DNA from: Heteronotia binoei
Taxonomy: Eukaryota
DNA: 64,000 nucleotides
Reading direction: 5' to 3'
Assembly: GCF_032191835.1 (NCBI RefSeq)
Contig: NC_083243.1
Location: 168,020,001-168,084,000 of the forward strand
The translations under genes and the position numbers were made by a program. Positions 1-21,800 of this stretch are shown here, in pieces. Under the pieces are notes generated by a model that made no database searches, had not been told where the DNA came from, and worked only from the letters and a program-made list of their open reading frames with translations. The first letter of the stretch is position 1; every line of letters begins with the position of its first letter.

Positions 1-660
1 ACAATGGTTCCGGTGCCGCAAATTTCCATTGCGAGTGCCACTAGAAGCCTGTGTTCCAAAGGAGATTTGAATAAGGAACTGTTTTGACTGCTTGCTCTCT
101 GTCTGCACCCCAAAAATGCATTATGGACCACCATATGCCATTCAACCCCACATTCAGGGGACTCTGCCCTTCGAGAGGACATGTTCTGCCTCATGGTCCA
201 AAGAGCTCATACCAGCTTCTAAAACGTATGGCACTACACACTTTGTTTTGGGGGACCACTGTAAAGGCCTGTCTTTCAAAGTACATTGGATAAAGGAACC
301 TCTCCCAGTGATGTGCCAGCTTGCAGACCCCCTTAGGGTTAAAGTCATTTTGGTTCTGAATAGGGATTAACAGCCTTCCAAGCTTCAATTCATGGTAACA
401 AAATGAAATTTCTAAATTTGAATTCATTCTCAAGTTCACTACGATGGACCCATCAGGGCTCAATGGATTCTTACCCCACCTTTGATGCTAATGTACCACA
501 CCCAGGTCCCAAACATCATTCTAGTTTGCTGTTATTTTGACTGCAAAATAGTGAAATTAACAAATTGAAAGAGCAAACTAGAATGATGTTTGGGACTTGG
601 GTGTGGTACATTAGCACTTTGAAGACACGCCTTTACAGTGGTCTTTGCAGTAGTTTCTTC

Positions 661-1930
661 TTTAAATCTCCTTTGGAATAGAGGCTTCTAGGTGGAAGCT
701 TGTGGCACAGGACCAGGGTTTTTGGACTGGGCAACACTGCATGTCTTCTTGCAGGGGATAATGTCCTGAGCGAGGGAATGTGTCACTTGGGGTGATCCAG
801 ATATTGTTTTGGGGTATAACCTGGTCCCAGTGTCTGTGTCATGGGTACTGGGGACCCTGCAGAAGAAGCTGAGCCTGCAGAAGAAACTGTGCCCCTGCCA
901 CCTGCACCAGTGCCCCTGCCTCCTGCTGGAGAAGATCCAAGCCCCCCTGCCTCGCCCTCTCGGGTGGCTCGTGTGCGTGACCACCTTCGTCAGGACCTCA
1001 GGGATCGGAGGAGGGCGGCACGCTCACGAGCAAGACGCTCCCTGAGCCCTGAGTTTTGAAAGGATTCTGGCCCTTCTAGGAGTGAGGATGCTTGAGTCTC
1101 AGCAGGATCCTGGCTGCCTCTCTGAGCCTGCAATTAGCCCAAATGGGCAACAGACAGCAGAGGGCTATATAGCTGTGGGCTTTGGGAGGAGGCTTTGTGG
1201 AAGCAACTAGTCACTTACCTGACGTTCTAGCATCCACTTCGGCTCTCGACTTTGGCTTTGACTTTGACTTCTGGACCCCCTGACTTCGGCTTCTGAACCT
1301 CTGACCTGAGATACCTGGACTGTGATTCGGTTTTGCCACCTTGGACCCTCTTTGCTCACCAGCTACAGACCTTGGACTGCCCCTGGACTTAGCCTGACCC
1401 GGCCCCAGCCCGTGACAGTCTGCCTCTTTGAGTGTCCTGGGGGCACCTTGTTTTGGAGCAGCTGGCACGAGAACTGCTCATTGGACCATGCATGTCCTCT
1501 CAAAGGGTGGAGTCCCCTGAATGTGGGGTTGAATGGCATATGGTGGTCCATAGTGTATTTTGGGGGTGCAGACAGAGGGCAAGCAGTCAAAACAGTTCCT
1601 TATTCAAATCTCCTTTGGAACACAGGCTTCTAGGTGGCACTCGCAATGGAAGCTTGTGGCACCGGAACCAGTGTTTGGACCGGGCATCACTGCATGTCTC
1701 TTTGCAGGGGACAGTGTCCCGAGTGTGGGGATGTGTCACTTGGGGTGGTCCAAATATTGTTTTGGAGTACAGCCTTTCCCCAGTGTCTTTCTGTTTAAGT
1801 ATCCTGGGGGCACCTTGTTTTGGAGCAGCTAGCATGAGAACTGCTCATTGGACCATGAGGCAGCACTTGTCTTCTTGAAGGGCAAAGTCCCCTGAACAAG
1901 GGGGTGTATGATATATGGGAGTCCAGGCCT
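661..1930 (+). repeat. ~370-bp satellite-like units (about 2 copies, first split by a solo LTR); inverted copy at 1-215
   Basis: 661-836 repeats at ~1605-1790 (aaatctcctttggaa...ggcttctaggtgg...tgtcacttgggg); 1422-1500 repeats at ~1790-1860; positions 1-215 are the reverse complement of ~1460-1675. Confidence 0.75.
837..1417 (+). mobile_element. Solo LTR of an LTR retrotransposon (581 bp)
   Basis: Ends TGTCA (837-841) and TGACA (1413-1417); perfect 5-bp TSD GTCTG at 832-836 and 1418-1422; TATA-like gctatatagc near 1165. Superfamily not determined. Confidence 0.85.
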
Positions 1931-3239
1931 TATTTTGTGGTTCAGAGCTTTCAAACTCTCTCCAGTGTTTTTGGTTGAATTCACGAATAAGGAATGGATA
2001 GGGAACGAATAAGGATCTGTGAACAAGAAACCAACTTCAGCCTCCTTCAATGTTTCCACTTGCTCAGGCATCACACAAAATTGTCTGAAAAGTTGTGTCG
2101 CCTTAGCACCTGGAGATTCCCATGAAAAGGTAGAGAGCGCTGTGGAAAGGACAGTTGGTCAGATTACAGGAGGGGAGAACAATAGAGGACTAGGTGGGAG
2201 TGGCAGGCAACAAGGTCAAGGCTAAAAATGCACCAGGCATACTTTTAAATCCAAGGCCCCCTGTCCGGTGTGGTTTGCGGCTTAAATCATGGCCTTAAAC
2301 TAATATGGGTCAAGTAGCTGCAGGCTACACGGCAGAGGGCCAGGGGCTGGTAGCGGAAGGGCTCCCCAAAGGTTTTTGCAGGTTCCCCACTCAAACATCA
2401 GTCAGTTTGTTTACATTCCACAAGACCTAGTGCAGTATTTAGTCAACTAACAATAGAACAGAGATGTCATACAGTTTATGCACTACTCCACATAGCCAGT
2501 CGCATCTATTCAGACTAGTGGTGGTTGTCCCAGGTTTTCTAACAGAACTAGTTTTCTAGGCTGGCTTGCAGAGATTCTTCTTTAACCAAACATGACAAAA
2601 AGTGAACCTTGTGTGGTGTTCTCAACCACTGTACTATACCACTTCTGCAGGACCACCTTAATCCATGCAGTAGATCAAAATAGTAAAGCAGTGGAGGGAT
2701 GTCCCTAGTGCACTGTGGATTAATGTGAACAAAACCAGTAAAGACTGGCTTTAAATGGTTGGAAAGTTAAATGAAGCACTGTTACCTGAAGACAGGAAGG
2801 GTTAATAAAAGTGTACTCTTTCTGTGTTTTGTTTTCCAAAATTTTGTTTTGGAGTGCCTGTAATGCATTCAACCTTTTTCAGTGATGCTATTGTTTCTTG
2901 ACTGCCCATCCCGTTGTGTTCTGGAGGCATTATGGCCCAGAACAGATTAATAAGTTCTGGAGGCAGATTAATGTGTTCTGGAGGCATTATGGCCCAGAAC
3001 AGAAATGCATGACATTTCTGCATTTGGATTTCCAAAATATTCCTCTAAAGTGCCTATCATGCATCCCACTGGGTTTTTTTTATACTGCTATTTGTTGAAT
3101 GACCCTTCTGCCTGATCTGGGGTGCTCCAGGAGCATTTTGGCCTGGAAGACAATATTTTTGTGTCTGGATTTCCAAAATAGTATTCTATAGTGCAGTTAA
3201 CACATCTCACTGTTTTTCACAGTAATATTATTTCTCTAA

Positions 3240-4886
3240 TGCCTGTTCCACCCTGTTCTGGAGGCATTTTAGCCCTAAATGTGCTAATAAGGACATGTGA
3301 GTTCTGCTTTTTCTGTTCTAGAATATTGTTCTCAAGTGTCTGTGATGCATGCCAGTGTTTTTTGTGGCAGCCCAGGTTGTTTGATGCCCGTTCTGGCCTG
3401 TTCCAGGGTGTTCCGAAGGCATTTTGGCCCATAATGGGGTAATAAGAACGTGTGAGTTTTGCTTTCTCTGTTCTGGAATATAGTTCTCGAGTGTCTGCAA
3501 TGCATGCTAGTGTTTTTTGTGGCAGCCCAGGTTGTTTGATGCCTGTTACCACCTGTTCCGGGGTGTTTCAGAGGCATTTTGGCCCGGAAGGGGTAATAAG
3601 GAGGTGTGAGTTTCGCTTTTTGTTCTAGAATATTGTTCTCAAGTGTCTGTGATGCATGCCAGTGTTTTTTGTCACAACCCAGGTTGTTTGATGCCCGTTC
3701 TGAGTGTTCCGGAAGCATTTTGGCCTGGAAGAGGTAATAAGGACATGTGAGTTCCGCTTTTTCTGTTCTAGATCATTGTTCTCGAGTGTCTGTGATGCAT
3801 GCCAGTGTTTTTTTTGTGGCAGCCCAGGTTGTTTGATGCTTGTTCCAAGGTTTTCTGGAGGCATTTTGGCCCGGAACGGGGTAATAAGGACGTGTGAGTT
3901 CTGCTTTTTCTGTTCTAGAATATTGTTCTTGGGTGTCTGTGATGCATGCCAGTGTTTTTTGTGGCAGCCCAGGTTGTTTGATGCCCGTTCCGGCCTGTTC
4001 CAGGGTGTTCTGGAGGCATTTTGGCCCGGAACGGGGTAATAAGGATGTGTGAGTTTTGCTTTTTCTGTTCTAGAATATAGTTCTCAAGTGTCTGCAATGC
4101 ATGCTAGTGTTTTTTGTGGCAGCCCAGGTTGTTTGATGCCCATTCCAGCCTGTTGCGGGGTGTTCCAGAGGCATTTTGGCCTGGAATGGGGTAATAAGGA
4201 CGTGTGAGTTCCTCTTTTTCTGTTTTAGAATATTGTTCTTGAGTGTCTGTGATGCATGCCAGTGTTTTCTGTGGCAGCCCAGGTTGTTTGAGGCCCATTC
4301 CGGAGGCTTTTTGGCCAGGAAGGGGTAATAAGGATGTGTGTTTCGCTTTTTCTGTTCTAGAATATTTTTCTCTAGTGTCTGTGATGCATGCCAGTGTTTT
4401 TTGTTGCAACCCAGGTTATTTGATGCCTGTTCCGGGTGTTCCTGAGGCATTTTGGCTCGGAAGAGATAATAAGAACGTGAGTTCCGCTTTTTCTGTTCTA
4501 GATGATTGTTCTGGAGTGTCTGATGCATCCCAGTGTTTTTTATGGCAGCCCAGAATGTTTGATGCCCGTTCCAGCCTGTTCTGGGTGTTCCGGAGGCATT
4601 TTGAGCTGGAATGGGATAATAAGGACATGTGAGTTCCACTTTATCAGTTCTAGAATATTGTTCTCGGGTGTCTGTGATGCATGCTAGTGTTTTTTGTGGC
4701 AGCCCAGGTTGTTTGATGCCCACTCCAGCCTGTTCCGGAGGCATTTTGGCCCAAAACGGGGTAATAAGGTCGTGTGAGTTCTGCTTTTTCTGTTCTAGAA
4801 TATTGTTCTTGAGTGTCTGTGATGCTGCATCCCATTGTTTTTTGTGACAGTCTACGTTGTTTTATACCCATTCCAGGCTGTTCAGG
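3240..4886. repeat. Tandem array of 11 units of 135-155 bp
   Basis: Anchor motif gaggcattttggc recurs at 3261, 3416, 3571, 3712, 3858, 4013, 4168, 4303, 4444, 4593 and 4738; degenerate partial units at ~2920-3140. Confidence 0.95.
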
Positions 4887-5219
4887 CTTTTACCCTGTCC
4901 TAATAAAAGTTACCACCCCCAAATGAGCCACCCCCCATTAGCAAAACTAATTTTAAGGATTTTTTAAAATAAAAGCCTCACATTGTGCCAACATCAAAAG
5001 GTACACAGAAATTCAGATAAAAAGAATTCCACACACTCATTTTAGAGTTTTGCAAATTCTATGCAATTGCTCCAATCTACAGCAATTTGTTTCAATGGAC
5101 TGAAAAAGCAGTTACTATATCCAGTATTCAAGAGGGATAGCTGTGTTCATTTGGCGGAACATCATACTGTATTATCTTTAAAATTCGTTCCAGTGTCAGC
5201 CTTCGACAGTACAGCTCCT

Positions 5220-6070
5220 TGCGTAGTGCGCGCCACCAACAGAGAGCGAAAAGGCAGAAGTTACAGGAAGTCAGTGCAAAACAAGAACTAGTATTTTATA
5301 GGATTGCAGAGTTACTTTCCTAGAGCTGTGTGCATGGGAATCAGCCACTTTACCCGTGGCCGGATCGACACCCCATATCATGCGAAGCAGCCTTTTCGAG
5401 TTTACGGCAAGTACCCCCCCCCCCCCGCCAACAGAGTCCTCCGAAATGCCGCCCACGCTGACCGTGTAGCTCCGCCCTATACCAAAATGGCCGCCAAAGC
5501 CAGCGCGCCTTAAGCCAGTAGCTCTGCAGACAACCCAAATCAGTGTCGCCGCTGGAGGAAGTGACGGAAAGAGACCTTGATCGACTTCCCTTCACAATCG
5601 AACGCAACACATCGCTTCCGGCCTGTAACCGGAAGCAGGAAACGCTTCGTGGTTGGGGATTCCTCGCCTTGCCTATCTCCCTGTTTCGTTTTGACTTCTG
5701 ACAGGTGAGTTCCGATTATTCGGGTAGTTGTCATTTAACCCTTTCTTGCGCCATCTTATGCGAAAAGGCAAAGAGTTTCACGTTTGATTGGACAAAGGAG
5801 GTCATAGGTAGGAGTGTCTGGGAGCCTCTTAGTCAGGCAGCGCCCCTCGACACCCTCCTCCCCGGTTTCCTTCTGCTTCTTCTCGTTGCTCTGCTTCCCC
5901 TCCGACTGAAGGCGCGGCAGATGAAGGGGTGGTTGCGGGCCATGTGCGAGGGAAGCGTCCATTGTAGGCGTGGGGAGCGCGACTCATGCAGTCGGGCGCT
6001 GCTTCCTTCGTCTCAGAAAAACAAAAAGAGGGGAAGCCGCGTCCCCTGGGCGGGGGTCTGCGCGTTCCAG
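5220..6070 (+). promoter_or_regulatory. VPS37C: CpG-rich TATA-less promoter of VPS37C
   Basis: Local CpG enrichment; YY1-like CAAAATGGCCGCC 5483-5495; ETS-CRE-like GGAAGTGACG 5557-5566; inverted ETS pair GCTTCCGG 5614-5621 / CCGGAAGC 5629-5636; followed by donor ACAG|GTGAGT at 5704/5705. Confidence 0.8.
5590..5704 (+). other. VPS37C: Probable non-coding exon 1 of VPS37C (5' end approximate)
   Basis: Consensus donor CAG|GTGAGT at 5704/5705 inside the CpG island; the TSS is not determinable from sequence. Confidence 0.6.
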
Positions 6071-6794
6071 TCTTGAGTGGGTGACTCTGGTCATTGGACG
6101 CAGAAGTAGCAATGCTCCGTGCACATGCCCAAGCCCAATAGTATTTTTTCCTGCCTTTTGCTGCTGTACAATGGTATTGAAAACGGACTCTAGGGCAGAT
6201 CTGTGGTTCTTATTAAACTGGGCATGGTGGTTGTTGACGCCTTTCCTTTGATTAACACCAAAGTCGGGATTAAAGACAAAAAACGCTGATCAGATGACAT
6301 TAGAAACATTTAGCCAAAGTACCTGACCTGCTGGTAATTATGCCGTTGTACTAATTTTTTTTTCATGCCCTGGCACACTTATTAGTCCATAACTCCTTAG
6401 TTAATATGTGGGCATCATATGCTCCTCACACTAGTCAGTGGCACTATGCCAGCCTAGATGGTTCATAGTTCTATTTTCTGAAGAATAATTTCCAGTGTGA
6501 ATTAATTTATGGTTAACAACAGGCTTCCTCTCCTCCCCATCCTGACAATCCACTATGGAGTGTATTTGCAACAAATTTGTTGACATCATGGTCTTTATGC
6601 CCGTCATATTTATGCAGTAAAGGCTTATATGTGGGTTTGTTAGTAAACTGGGGATTATGAATAATGGTGCAAAGGAGGAACAATCTGGAAATTCTCCTTT
6701 CCAGGAAACTGTTAAGCTATCTGGCTCTTGAGCAGTTGCTTTCAGCTTTCTGTCCCTTCTGGAGCATATTTTACTCTCATCACACCACAAACTA

Positions 6795-6853
6795 CCTGGG
6801 ATTGAACCTGGGACCTTCTGCATGCACTGCAGGTGCTCTACCACTGAGCTACA
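6795..6853 (-). mobile_element. tRNA-derived SINE head (Squam3-like)
   Basis: Minus strand tagctcagtggtagagcacctgcagtgcatgcagaaggtcccaggttcaatcccagg has A and B boxes but no intact acceptor stem. Confidence 0.65.
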
Positions 6854-8388
6854 ACTGTTGGTACTTTTCTTTTTTCCTTGCCAACATCTGCTAACTGACA
6901 GATTCTTCCCAGTCCCTTCTGGAGTTTACCGAGGGGCTTGCTAAATGAACTGTTGGGTTTTTTTTAGCATGCTCATGGCCATATCACATGTACTAGAGGA
7001 GGAAACTGGGCTTGATGATAGGCATATACTCAAGAAAGAATGGTGATCAGTCATGGCTCCCTGATGAATTTACCACTACATGGATGTTTTCCATTCTATT
7101 CGTTGCATTTATAATTAACAGGTTTAGGCTTACCCTTAAAGCACCTAAAAAATATGTGAAGTGATTCTCTGTTGATCTTTCCCAAAAGTGTTAGTAACAG
7201 TGGAACTAGAATTTCTCCACCATCCCTATTTGGTTAAAAAGGGATTTCTTCCATCTAGCTGTGGTTTCATGCACACCGAGAAGTACTTAAGTTTCAAACA
7301 GAAGCTTGTCTTGAATTGTTTTCCAGATACTGATGAAAAATCCTTTGAATCAAGACTGTGAAATGTTTCACTTGAATCAGACATAGAAGAGTCAACAGTA
7401 GACAATAACAGGTTTGCGCTTCTGGAGTATGTGATGTTATGAAGACAGAATGTTTTGAATTAAATATGCAAGGAGTTGTGGTAGAAGAAGAAAGGGGAAG
7501 GCACTGTGTTTGTAGGTCTCACATTATGGCACAAATTATTTTAAAAAGTAAATAACTATGAATACACAGAGAATTATACAGTGGCTGTTGCAAGTGAGCA
7601 AGAAGTATTGAGAAAGGGTTAGCTTGAATCTCCATTTTGTTTAAAATGAAAATGCACTTTTAAATTAGATTGTGAAATAGAGGGAGAAAAAAAACTACAA
7701 GGGGTTTGTATGTATGTTTGGTTTTTTTCACCCATTGATTTACAGATACAAGTGACAGTGTATACATAATGGATTGTATTATCCTTTCTTAAAGTTCTCT
7801 GGTCCAGATACTGTCTATATATAGGTTCTTCTTTTTCTCTAGTTTGGATTTTAAGACTGCAAACTGTAGTAGAGAGAGAGATTTTATCAGTGTTGTATAT
7901 TTTGTTCTAATTTGTGGTGGAGATGCTGGCAACACTAAACTTTGTTCACACATTGGGCAGTGATTCTACAAACACTGTGCAATGTGTGAAGAGTCATTGT
8001 GGGCCCCTGGGGTCAAGTTCACTCAGGCCTGTTTTACCTGTGCATGATGGTTATAATGTATAACTTGCATGTAATTCCGCTGTGTTAGTAATGTGTCCCA
8101 TGCTTAGCAAAATCAAGAGGTAAAGATCATGTCTTTTGGGGCTGGCATTTTAACACAACAGCTACACTATTATGACCAAAGAGTGTAGTTGGGAGAAAGG
8201 TGGATGAGCCTCATCATGCTCCCCCTCTGTATATAATTTCTATATATTTTGCTCAGTGTGTTTAATGACAGCGGAATCTTCAATTCTGTGCAATTACCTT
8301 CCTCAAATACGCTTGCATCCTTTCCTCATCCTTACTTTTAAAGCCTTCCGTAGCCTCTCTTCACCTCCATATTGCCATTCGCATATCC

Positions 8389-9000
8389 CAGTATCTCCCT
8401 GCCTGTGAGTTCCAGCTCCTTCGCTGCTGGCTGTCCAAAGAATTCTACACTTTCAGATGGTTCTGCTTTTTTCCCTCTTGCTTTTCTGCATACCTGGAAG
8501 TATACTGTGTGTTAGAACACTTTGTGTTGGCTTATCACCTCTCTTGTTTTCTAAGGAACTCTTTCAAAACTGAAAGCCTAAGTTGTGTACTTGCACTGAA
8601 TGAATAGTCTTCCCTTCTTTATCCCTGCCTCCATCTCTCATTTCTGTCTTAGTTGTCTCTCTCATGGCCATTTTAGAATTCAAGAAGATGGGTCACTCTA
8701 ACACTCTAAAATGGCCATGAGAGAGATAACTAAGACATTCAGTGCAAGCACACAACTTAGGCTTGGCTTCAATAGGGAAGTGGTATTGTTGTAGTTCATT
8801 TAAACTTTGAGTTTTGAAAGAGTTCCTTAGGAAACAAGAGAGGTGATAAGCCAACACAAAGTATTTTGACAGGCAGCACACTTCCAGGTATAAGGGAAAA
8901 AAACCAGAACCATCTGAAAGTGTAGAATTCTTTGGGCAGTCAGCAGTGGAGGAGCTGGAACTCACAGGCAGGGAGATATTGACCCATCTTCTTGAATTCT
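8389..9000. repeat. ~600-bp imperfect palindrome in VPS37C intron 1
   Basis: Arm pairs 8389-8465/8905-8981, 8520-8571/8810-8861 (51/52), 8578-8602/8736-8760 (24/25), 8648-8677/8705-8734 (29/30); loop 8675-8695 is the exact reverse complement of 8980-9000. Confidence 0.9.
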
Positions 9001-9173
9001 GAGAAGCACTATTTAGTTGATAGTGCTATATAAATCAATGATAATTCAATAATTAAATACACTTAATTAAATGCACCAGGCTTATGATTCTGCTTGTTGT
9101 GGCTTGATGATGTAAAAGTACACAAAAACAGCTATTACATGTGTTCTCTTTTTCACTTCAGAGAAGTTCATGA

Positions 9174-18826
<9,653 letters not shown>

Positions 18827-21800
18827 TCAGGGACACTAGGCAGGATTCCTCTTCTACAGCATTACCTGAGAAATTGACTCTTGCTAGCTGTTGAGACCTG
18901 AGGTGTTATCCTGAAAGACATCTTTGTGTAAGCATTATTACTGGTATCATATGTGAATCGACTGTAAGACCTCAGAAGGAATGCTGCTGTTGGAAGGTTC
19001 AGTGTATGTAGCAGTATGCATTGATTGTAGGCAGCCACTTGTGGCCAGTTGCACTGACCAGTTAATTGATTCAAGCCGTAGTAAAGCTGAGGTCCAGACA
19101 CATTGCTAATGTGAACTGGCATTGTTCCAAATAATTAAGACCTTTGAGACATATGGTGCTTTCACATATGCTAAATAACACAGTTTCAGCCCACTTCAGC
19201 GACTATGCAAGTAGATTTTGCCATTTCACACAGTAAAATCCAGTTGCAAAATGCATTGAAAGTTGATCAAAAGTGTGTTATTTTGTGTGTGAAAGTGCCC
19301 ATACTTAGTGACAGTAATATAGATTCGGCTCCATGTGTTTGTATATGCACACACGTGTGTGCATGTGTGTGTGTATAATTCTATATACTTGCCAGGAAAG
19401 AAAGGCATATGAATTCTTGTGGCACTAAAAATTAATGGAAAGTAGATGGAGGGAACATTGTAGCCTTTGACATGCCTCAGAAGTAGTATGCTGACTAGCA
19501 GAACAGTGACGCCAACCCTGCCTCAAGTGCTCTCAGGTGCAGTCTTGTGTCCACGCAGTTTTCCATCCTGATGTGCCTACAGAGCACAGAATGTTTCTCT
19601 TGTCAGTGTATTTCCACCCTTTTAGGTTTTCACGTTTGTAACCCTTGTTTTCTGAATAGATGCACAGAAGGTACAGAATGGCTGCGTTAGGTGTATGGTG
19701 TATGTTAGTTAGGGGCAAGTGATGTTTGTTTAAGTCAGCACAGGAAAGCTGATTTATCGAAAGCTAGATTATGATGCTTTTTTGCACATGGGAACAATGG
19801 ACAAAATACTAGCATCCCTGTTTCCATTGGTGAGTGTGATGTGCTGCACTGAAGCCTTGAGACATCTGTGGCTGAACTTATCCTGCTCCTTTTCTCTAGC
19901 AACCTACTACTAGGGTAGCAGAAGAGGTTCAATAATGATCCTCCCTCCTGTCCTCCTTGATTGTTGCCGCATTCCTCACAGTTGATGGGAGGAAATACTG
20001 GCGACCAATCAAGAGCACCCGGGGATCCTAATGGAAGAAGCTGGCTTTGCTAAGCACTTTATTCTCTTGCTTGCCTGTAATGTATTTATAAAACAAAAGA
20101 GACTACTAAATAGACTAGACAGGTTGAATGAATGCTTTTGGAACTTGATTAGAGTAATTCTATACATGATGAATTATGATAATAAAACTTGATGAATTGC
20201 ACACAGAGTTACTGTTATGTCACTTTGGAAAAATCAAGCAGTGACTGGTTGGGATTTGTTATTGATCTATTTTCTTGCTTACTGAACATCCTCCCTTTGA
20301 CCTCATTGTTCTTAGCAATAAAACCCTTCACCTTTCATCTCATACAGACATGGACTTTTCATATGATCTTTCCCCTTTTCTGTATTCCACTTAAGAGATC
20401 CGTTTGTGCAGCTTTCATTCCCATGGAACAATAAACTTTTCCCTTCTCAGCATCATTCAGATCAGGTTTTCTCTATTCTTTGAACTGTGATTTTCTTTGT
20501 TATATTTTGTTTTCTAATCATTCTTTATTATCACCATCAATTTTTGCTTTTACTATAGGATAATTAAAAGTCGTCACCTGTCCTCCTTCCTGTGTCAATT
20601 TAATTCATCAGCTGTCAGTTACTCATCTTTGATCTTGCTTCTTATTTCATAATCAGCCTAACATTTGATAATGTCTTCTCCATTAGAATGCCAGCGTATG
20701 AGGCAAGACCAAAATGACAAAAAGGTGTTTAGGAACGCAGGGTTTCATTTGTGTGTGTGTGTGTGTGTGTGAGGAGCAAGGAATATTTTGTAAAATTGTT
20801 TAAAAGGATGACAAAGGAGAAAAATTGTTGATGATGGCATGATAAACAGTATACTTAAATTTTGGTCTTGTACAATCCCAAAAGCTTCACAACCCCTTAG
20901 CGTTTAATAGCTCTCCATTTCCTTCCCTTCTGACACAGATAAACATATTTGGATATACATGGCATTTTTGAAAAGAAAAAAAAAATCCCAGCCCAGTAGT
21001 GTGAGAGAAGAAAGTAATGCACAAAGAACACTGTAGAAAAAAAAACAAAACAGGCCAAGAGAAACAAAAATGAAATGTTAGAAAACTGCAACAAAGGATA
21101 GTTTGATTCATGCTGGGTGATGAGTGAAATCCTCACATACTGGGGATTATAGGTAGTCTGGTGGAAGTCATTTAATATATGTGGAATAACGCAGGTATAG
21201 AAACTATCTTTCTCCTTGGTTCTAGGCACTCTGTACTTCAAAGTTCTTCCATGTACAGATCTTGTAGTAGTTCTTCAGATATTTGAGTTGCATTTGAATT
21301 TATCAGAGAAAATACTGAAGCCTGTTTTTGGGCTTCACACTTAAAATCTGTTTTTTAAAGAGATTTTCTTCTCCCATGGATTTGAAGGCAGCCGTATACT
21401 TGACAATTCACAGTGGGTTATGGGTAGCTAGATACAATCCACATGAGTCCCACATCAGTTGTGATGGGTGTTTTCATGTAGTAAGTGTGTGGGTTGGATT
21501 TTAGGACTAGCTTTTTTGTATTCCCCTCCTAGCAGTCATTTCTGTTCCCGGGAAAGCTTATTTCTGGTGCTATGGTGTCCACATGCTTTAACAGGCACAC
21601 AGGGCAGGAGGCTGCAACAAGGAGGGGGTGATTTCACCCCATCAACCTGAATGGCTGTTACACAATGCAGGCCTCGTGACTCCAGGAGTCAAATTCCCTG
21701 GAGTTGGAAAGGACTGTTGTGGGGAGGAGAACATGAGAAAGATCTGCGACTCATCACCTTTAGCTGACAAACCATGGAGTCTAATCCTGTATCTTTACAC

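Noticed and set aside
841-1059. 72-aa Pro/Arg-rich ORF
   Set aside because: Lies entirely within the solo LTR and has no domain motifs.
3240-4886. Regular ~150-bp array as a CRISPR array, or its ORFs (e.g. 4070-4744, 224 aa) as genes
   Set aside because: Whole units are homologous with no unique spacers, the context is vertebrate, and the ORFs are translations of the repeat.
6795-6853. tRNA-Ala-like gene
   Set aside because: No intact acceptor stem and altered anticodon arm; fits a SINE head.
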